This document shows positions 57,266-64,000 of a stretch of 64,000 nt of DNA, one piece after another. Position numbers and translations under genes: made by a program. Position 1 is the first letter of the stretch. The number at the start of each line of letters is the position of its first letter. The notes below the pieces were generated by a model. It did not search any database. It worked only from the letters and a program-made list of their open reading frames with translations, and was not told the DNA's origin. Source of the stretch: an uncultured delta proteobacterium (lineage in GTDB: Bacteria; Desulfobacterota; Binatia; UBA9968); NCBI GenBank assembly GCA_963804165.1, contig CAWDPO010000042.1:1-64000 (forward strand), read 5' to 3'.

Positions 57266-57939
57266 GGCTGCTGTCGGAAACGTATTTGTTGCTGCGCAAA
57301 GACTTGCTTCTGGAGCTGCGCCGCCGCGACAGCCTCTTGACGATGTTCTTTTTCGGCACGCTGCTGTTATTCGTCTTTCATTTTTCTTTCGATCTCCCGC
57401 CGGATAAGGTGGCCGAGATGACGCCGGCGCTGCTTTGGTTGGCGTTCCTCTTTACCGGCACCTTGGGTCTCGCCCAACTTTTCAACGCCGAGCGTGAAAA
57501 TCACTGCCTCGATGCGTTGCTGCTCTCCCCCCTCGATCGCGGGGCGCTTTTCCTCGCCAAGACTTGTTTCAACTTGATCTTAATGGTCCTGGTCGAGATC
57601 GTCGTCATCCCGCTTTTTTGGATTCTTTTCAATTTAGATTCTTGGAATTTGCTACCGCAATTGTTTCTCGTTACTTTTCTCGGTACCGTTGGCTTTTGTG
57701 TCCTGGGAACGATTATGGCGGCCATCACGCTAAAAGCGCGGGCGCGCGAGCTGCTCTTGCCGCTGATCTTGTTTCCGCTGATGATTCCGATCATTTTAGC
57801 GACCATTCGCTGCATGGAAAATATTTTACGAAGCGGCGGATTCGACGATGGGCTGCCCTGGTTGCGCCTCCTTTTAGGTTTTGATGTGATATTTTTAACT
57901 GTCGGAGTGCTAATCTTTGATTGGGTCATTGAGAGTTGA
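57262..57939 (+). CDS. ccmB: heme exporter protein B
   Basis: KDLLLELR, ERENHCLDALLL, LLLPLILFPL. Confidence 0.92.
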   Translation: MRLLSETYLLLRKDLLLELRRRDSLLTMFFFGTLLLFVFHFSFDLPPDKVAEMTPALLWLAFLFTGTLGLAQLFNAERENHCLDALLLSPLDRGALFLAKTCFNLILMVLVEIVVIPLFWILFNLDSWNLLPQLFLVTFLGTVGFCVLGTIMAAITLKARARELLLPLILFPLMIPIILATIRCMENILRSGGFDDGLPWLRLLLGFDVIFLTVGVLIFDWVIES

Positions 57940-57940
57940 A

Positions 57941-58648
57941 ATGGCTCAGGCGACGCTACCTCAAAGAAAACGGAAAGGAATTCTCGGAGCTTTGGCGCTG
58001 GTAGCTATTGCCGTGGGTCTGTATTGGGGCTTGATCGTCGCGCCGCCAGATGCTTACCAGGGCGATGTGCAAAGAATAATGTATCTGCACATCCCTACTA
58101 TAGTGGCTGCGTATCTTTCGTTTTTCCTGGTGTTCGTTGGGAGCTGCCTCTATCTGTGGAAAAAAGAAAAACGAGACGACATTCTTGCCTATGCAGCGGC
58201 TGAGATCGGCGTGCTCTTTACTGCGTTAGTGATGGTAGAAGGGTCAATTTGGGGCAAGCCAACCTGGGGCGTTTGGTGGACTTGGGATGCGCGGTTAACA
58301 ACGACCGCTATCTTGCTTCTTATTTTTGTTGGATATCTAATGCTCCGCTCATTAATTGAGGATGAATCGCGCGCTGCTTCTGCAGCCGCAGTACTGGGAA
58401 TTATCGGCGCTCTCGACATACCGTTAATCCACATGTCGGTCTATTGGTGGCGCACCTTACATCAACCTCCTTCAATTTTTCGTCCTGACAAAGCTCCCTG
58501 GGAGAATGTTGCTTGGCCGCTTTTGATACCTTTGACTATCAATATTGCCGCGTTTTTGATTCTCTTATTTTATCTTCTCTCGTTGCGCTACCGCTTGGGC
58601 GAGATGCGCGAAGAGATCAAAGCGCGGCGGCTCGATCGAGGTGGATAA
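57941..58648 (+). CDS. ccmC: heme exporter protein C
   Basis: RIMYLHIP, WWD motif WGKPTWGVWWTWDARL, WWRTLHQ. Confidence 0.95.
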   Translation: MAQATLPQRKRKGILGALALVAIAVGLYWGLIVAPPDAYQGDVQRIMYLHIPTIVAAYLSFFLVFVGSCLYLWKKEKRDDILAYAAAEIGVLFTALVMVEGSIWGKPTWGVWWTWDARLTTTAILLLIFVGYLMLRSLIEDESRAASAAAVLGIIGALDIPLIHMSVYWWRTLHQPPSIFRPDKAPWENVAWPLLIPLTINIAAFLILLFYLLSLRYRLGEMREEIKARRLDRGG

Positions 58649-58803
58649 TGGGAGCCTGGGGTTTTGTTTCGTTGGCGTACGGTATCGTATGGGGTGCGAT
58701 CTTGATATATCTGATTGTGCTCAAGCGCCGCTATGCGAGTGCGGTGGCAGAGCTTGCTGCGCTGCGGTCGGCGGAGGCTACGAGTCGCGATGTCAAAAGG
58801 TAA
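58648..58803 (+). CDS. ccmD: heme exporter protein D
   Basis: MGAWGFVSLAYGIVW single TM plus basic tail, between ccmC and ccmE. Confidence 0.75.
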   Translation: MGAWGFVSLAYGIVWGAILIYLIVLKRRYASAVAELAALRSAEATSRDVKR

Positions 58804-59233
58804 ACGTTTTTTAATCGGTGGGATCATCATCCTCGCCGCAATCTCCTACCTGGTCGTTGGCGGCATGAAGGAAGCCATCGTTTATTTCGTCACCCCGTCC
58901 GAGCTCAGGGCCAAAGAGAGTTCATCGGCCGACAAATTTTTGCGCATGGGCGGCATGGTCGTAAAGGGCTCGCTGCAAAAAGACTTGCAGAATCTTACCT
59001 ACCGTTTCGAGCTCAGCGACGGCACCGCGACGTTCCCGGTGTTTTTCAAGGGCGTTCCTCCGGATCTGTTTACCGAAGGCAAAGGCGCAGTGGTTGAGGG
59101 ACGCATCGGCCGCGACGGAGTATTTCAGGCGACCACGATCATGGCCAAGCATGCCGAAGAGTACAGCCCCCACGCCGACGGCAAGGAAGCGGCCAAGAGC
59201 TTTATTCCCGCCAAGGAAGCAAGCGTCAAGTGA
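58790..59233 (+). CDS. ccmE: cytochrome c maturation protein E
   Basis: YFVTPSE, PPDLFTEGKGAV, heme motif KHAEEY (HxxxY). Confidence 0.93.
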   Translation: MSKGKRFLIGGIIILAAISYLVVGGMKEAIVYFVTPSELRAKESSSADKFLRMGGMVVKGSLQKDLQNLTYRFELSDGTATFPVFFKGVPPDLFTEGKGAVVEGRIGRDGVFQATTIMAKHAEEYSPHADGKEAAKSFIPAKEASVK

Positions 59234-61168
59234 CCGCGATTCTGGGCCATAGCTCAATTCTACTGGCTTTAATCGTGGCGCTTGCGGGGATTGTCGCTCC
59301 CATCATTGCGGCGCGCTCGGGCGACCGACGATACTTGTCGCTCGCGCGTTATGCGATTCTTGCCCAGTTCGTTTTGGTCACACTGGCTTCCTCCGCCTTG
59401 ATCTACGGCCTGGTCGCCACCGACTTTTCCATCAAATATGTCGCCTTCAATACCACCCGCGCGACGCCGATTTACTATCGCGTCACCGGTCTATGGGGCG
59501 CGTTGGAAGGCTCGCTGCTGCTCTGGGAATGGATTCTGATCATTTTTTCAGGCATCGTCGCGTGGATTTATCACGACCGCCACAAAGACTTAATGCCGTG
59601 GGTGATCATGATCTTTTGTATCGTGTCGGCGTTTTTTCTCGGCGTCGTCGGTTTTTTGTCAAATCCCTTCGAGACGATCTCGCCGATCCCGCCTGACGGC
59701 CGGGGTTTGAATCCGCTGCTCGAAGACGCCAACATGATGACCCACCCACCGCTCCTCTACACCGGCTTCGTCGGCCTCACCGTACCGTACGCGTTTGCCA
59801 TGGCGGCGCTGATCGTCGGCAAACTCGACGAAGCATGGATCGTCAGCACGCGGCGGTGGACGATCATCGCATGGTTTTTTCTCACCGCCGGAAATCTCGT
59901 TGGCGCCTGGTGGTCCTATCATGTCCTTGGCTGGGGCGGTTACTGGGCGTGGGATCCGGTTGAAAATGCCGCGTTCATGCCCTGGCTGCCCGCAACCGCC
60001 TTCTTGCACTCAATCCAGGTTCAGGAACGAAGGCGGATGCTCAAGGTGTGGAATCTGTCATTGATCATCGTCGCCTTCAGCCTGACGATCTTCGGAACCT
60101 TTCTTACACGCTCGGGTATTATTTCTTCGATCCATGCCTTCTCGTCCGGACCGGTGGGTGGTTTTTTTCTCGCCTTTCTCGCCGTGATCCTGCTGGCGTC
60201 CTTCGGCCTGGTGGCCTACCGCGCCGATCTGCTCAAGGAGCAGCCGGAGCTCGACTCCATGGTCAGCCGCGAGTCGGCTTTCTTGCTGAACAACATCGTG
60301 CTGGTCTCGGCGCTATTTACGATTTTTCTCGGCACGATTTTTCCTTTGATCTCCGAGGCCGTCGCCGGCGTTCAGGTCAGCGTAGGCGCGCCTTATTTCA
60401 ACTCCGTCACCGTGCCGCTGTTTCTATTCTTGGTTTTTCTCATGGGGGTCGGACCGATGATCGCCTGGCGACGCGCCTCGTGGGATAATCTGAAACGCAA
60501 TTTTTTCTGGCCCGCGACCGCTTCGTTGGTGTTGGGATTGGCTTTGTTCATCTGGAGGGTGCGAGATTTTTTGCCTTTGTTGGGATTTACACTGTTGGCG
60601 TTTGTCGTGTTTTCGATTCTCTACGACACGGCGCTGGCGCTGCGCGCACGCAAGCGCCTCGCCGGCGAAGGCATCCTCCGCGGCCTCGTGACTCTGGCGC
60701 GGCGCAATCAGCGGCGCTACGGCGGATTCGTCGTTCATCTGGGCATAGTGTTGATCATGATGGGCATCGCCGGCTCGATGACCTATAGCCTGGAAAAAGA
60801 CGCGACGATGGCCGTCAAGCAGGAAATGCAGCATCGGCAACTACCGTGTTCAGTTCGAAGGCTTAAAAGGCTCCCAACAACCGACCCATTTCCGCGTCGA
60901 AGGCGCCTTCCGAGTGTTTCACAACGGCAACGATCAGGGCATTTTGAACCCGGCGCTTAAGTTTTTTCCCACCCAGCAATCCCCTGTGGGCCGCGCCGTG
61001 CATCAGAGCAGTTTGGACGAAGATATCTATTTGATTCTTTCCGGCTTCAGCGAAGTCGACCGCAACCAAGCGACGTTGAAAGTGCTCGTCCGCCCGCTGG
61101 TCATCTGGATGTGGATTGGCGGTTTCGTCATCGCGCTTTGGCACGATAATTTGCATTTGATCCGATGA
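59230..61168 (+). CDS. ccmF: cytochrome c-type biogenesis heme lyase; indel near 60835
   Basis: WGALEGSLLLW, GLNPLL, HPP, WGGYWAWDPVEN, RYGGFVVHLG, PLVIWMW. Confidence 0.95.
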
Positions 61169-61267
61169 GGAAAACAGATTTTTCAGAGACATGAATTTTC
61201 GGAAGTTTAAATCTGAAATTCGGCATTCGCCATCTGGAATCCGCCATTCCGAGCAAAGCGAGGACTA

Positions 61268-61837
61268 ATGCCCTGGCGACGTCTAGTGATCACGATTGCG
61301 CATCATCGCGCCGATCTTGGCGTTGCTCGCCTATGGATTTACCCGCGACGCGAAGTACATCATGTCGCCCTTGATCGCCAAACCGGCGACGCCGTTCACG
61401 ATCACGCTCTATGACGGCAAGAAGGTTGACTCTGGATGAATTCCGCGGCAAAGCGGTATTCCTAAATTTCTGGGCGTCCTGGTGCTTGCCGTGCCGCGCC
61501 GAAGCCCACGATCTCGAAGTCGCCTGGCAAAAGGTCAAAGACAAGAACATGGTGTTTCTCGGCGTCGCCTTGCAAGACACCGATCAGAAACTCCAGGCAT
61601 TTCTAAAGGAATTCAACGTCACCTATCCCAACGGTCGCGACGAGTCCGGCAAGATCGCCGTCGACTACGGTACTTGGGGCATCCCGGAAAGTTTTTTCAT
61701 CGACCCCCAGGGTCGAATCACCTACAAGCATGTCGGCGGCATCCGCGCCGCATTGGTCATTACCAAACTTGAAGAAGCCGCCAAAGGCATCGCCAGCGCC
61801 CAGGAAGGCACGAGGCGACTACTCAGGGAGTGCGATG
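61268..61837 (+). CDS. ccmG: TlpA/CcmG thiol:disulfide oxidoreductase; indels
   Basis: NFWASWCLPC, GIPESFFID. Confidence 0.88.
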
Positions 61838-63520
61838 ACGACGATGGGCCTGCGCAGCAATGTTTGTCTTTCTTGTCCTCTTAGCCATATTCGCGGCACC
61901 TCTTCACGCCGCGCCAGCGCCCGATCTCGAAGATCGAACCCGCGAGATCGCCACCGAGCTGCGCTGCGTCGTCTGTCAAAATCTTTCAGTCGCCGACTCG
62001 CCGTCCGAGATGGCTCAGCAGATGCGCGCCATCGTCCGCGAGCAGGTACAGGCCGGCAAGAGCGCCTGAGCAGATCAAAGAATTCTTCGTATCGAAATAC
62101 GGCGAATGGGTACTGCTCAAACCCAAGACTACCGGCTTCAGCGCGCTGCTGTGGATATTGCCGTATGTCGTTCTTCGTTGGCGTCATCGCCGCGCTATGG
62201 TTCATGCGCCGCTGGGTGACAAAAAAGAAAACGAGTCAAGATATGTCCACCAGCGAAAGCGCCGGCTTAGCAGCCAAGTCCGCAGCGCGAATTATTGCGA
62301 CAAGAAGTCCAGCTGCCGGATATCGAAGATCGAGCACCAGCGCGCTGCTGCTGCGCGAGCGCGGCCGCGTGCGGACCGAGCTAATGAGATTGGAGTTCGA
62401 TTTTCAATCGGGCAAGCTTTCCGAGACGGACTACGCGGGGCTAAACAGGAGATCGAAAGCAAAGGCGCGCGGTGCATGCAACAACTTGATTCGCTTCCGG
62501 CCGGAGCCCGAATCCAAAACCAGCAACATGCCAGCAAATCAGCGCCAGAAAGGGCAACGCCATCACCGGCCAGTCTCAATTCCGCCGCTGGCAACTGATC
62601 GGCGGTGGCGTGTTTCTCATGCTCTTCGGCTTGGCGCTTGGGCGTCATGCTCACCCAATCGATCCGCCAGCGCGCCAAGGCGAAGGCGATACCATGACTG
62701 GCGATTTCATGACCGGCACGACTCCCGCCAATGGCGACGTGCGCGCTGCACTCAGCCGAAGGCAAACAAGCCTTTGGCAACGTCAGGAATTTCCCAAGGC
62801 CATCGAGGCGTTCAAAAAAGTTCTCGCCGCCGATCCGGAGCATCCGGAAGCGCACAGCTACATGGGATTCATTCTCATGCAGGCCGGCCACGGCGACGGC
62901 GCGTTGATGGCTTTCGAAAAGGCCCTATCGCGCGCGCCGAATTTTCCCATGGCGCTGTGGGGCAAAGGCATGGTGCTTTATCAGGACAAAAAAGATTTCG
63001 CCGGCGCTCGGGAAATCTTTGAGCGGCTACTGAAACTCGTGCCACCGGGCGAAGAACGAAACGAAATCGCCAAAGTGCTCGCCGAAATCCCAGCCGCCGG
63101 CGTGCGCGAAACCGAAATCACCGCCAGCTGCAACCGCTCCCGCTGCCGGCTCGCTCCGGCCAAACCATCTCCGGCACAATCACCATCGATGCAAAGATAA
63201 AAGATAAGATCGATCCCCAAGCCGCGCTTTTTATCATCGCCCGACCCGCAGGCGGCACCGGCGGCCCACCGCTAGCCGTCAAAAAAATCGACAAGCCGAC
63301 GTTCCCGTTGGATTACTCCCTCAGCCAAGAAAACGTCATGATGCAAGGCACGCCGTTCACCGGCAAGATCAACATCACCGTCCGTTTAGACAAAGACGGC
63401 AACCCGACCACCCGCGGCGCCGGCGACATGACCGGAGAGTACAAGAAGAATCCCGTGGAGGTTGGGCGCGAAAAATGCGGACATCGTGATCGATCAACTC
63501 AATGCCAGCCGTACTCGAAA
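61834..63520 (+). CDS. ccmH: CcmH (CcmL-CcmI/CycH-type fusion with TPR repeats); many indels
   Basis: LRCVVCQNLSVADS, YGEWVLL, LEFDFQSGKLSETDY, TPR region, C-terminal PPLAVKK...RLDKDGNP. Confidence 0.8.
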
Positions 63521-63610
63521 TGTCTCGGTTCAGCCCAATTCGCCGAACCGAACACGCACCCGCGAAAATCCCTTTTGGCAGGTATATCGTAATACACTGG
63601 TCGGTGGCTA

Positions 63611-64000
63611 TGTGCACTCTTTACCTGAGTGATTACTCTGTTCTTCGAAAACTCGTCGGAACTCGCGTGCGCCAGCTCGTGTGGGACCTGAAGATGTATA
63701 CTTTGTCCACGACAAGAGCATTGCGAAAGTTGAAGCGTGGGTGGAGCATCCGAACGTTCCCACCGCCGACGCAGGCAACGAGCTGATGTCCATAGTTTTG
63801 TCGCAGGAGCCGCCTGATGCTGGCAGTTTTCAAATGAAGGATGCGATGGATACGCGTATCGAGTTGTTGCAAGTGAAACTTGGTGGACAAAATTGAAGTC
63901 GCGAGAACTATGATTCTGTATCCAAGTGAGACGACGGTCGCACCGAGATCGCAAACTACGAAAGAGGGGATCGTATGCGACTGCGGCATTCTAGCCACTG
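63611..64000 (+). CDS. possible hypothetical protein with indels, running off the window
   Basis: Coding-like stretches can be joined across frames (MCTLYLSDY...DVYFVHD...IVCDCGIL); no recognised family. Confidence 0.3.

Noticed and set aside
62060-62075. In-frame TGA after the CcmH CxxC domain as possible selenocysteine
   Set aside because: The protein continues in another frame (PEQIKEFFVSKYGEW), which points to an indel rather than recoding.

Overview
A GC-rich chromosomal window from a deltaproteobacterium-like organism. Gene content (orphan Bug/TAXI binding proteins, tandem MmgE/PrpD, LLM, icd-mdh-sucCD-ndk-rlmN-mtnP order) suggests Candidatus Binatia; this is inference. It is mostly core and metabolic DNA: an Fe3+-type ABC transporter with two MmgE/PrpD genes; a DUF350-lipoprotein-glutathionylspermidine-synthase-like cluster; a SAM-I-riboswitch-controlled sulfur-carrier operon (MoeB, ThrC-like, MoaD/ThiS, CysM-like, NIL); an ECF sigma/anti-sigma triad; tatA; a TonB-like gene; folD-gcvTH-gcvPA-gcvPB; a hydrolase-LigAB-LLM operon; a sigma54-preceded ExeA-BON fusion; dgkA; a Mo-hydroxylase large subunit; Lhr helicase; a long minus-strand run from icd to lepB; and a complete ccm operon. 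Many genes at about 4-27 kb, 33 kb, 41-49 kb and 60.8-64 kb are broken by single-base indels, including housekeeping genes. I read these as long-read consensus errors, so ends of such genes are approximate. I saw no tRNA, rRNA, CRISPR array, transposase or integrase. The best candidate for an under-described system is the SAM-I operon, where one ubiquitin-like sulfur carrier may serve both a CysM-type and a ThrC-like (homocysteine-forming?) PLP enzyme alongside a stand-alone NIL protein. All calls come from reading motifs by eye; no searches were run.
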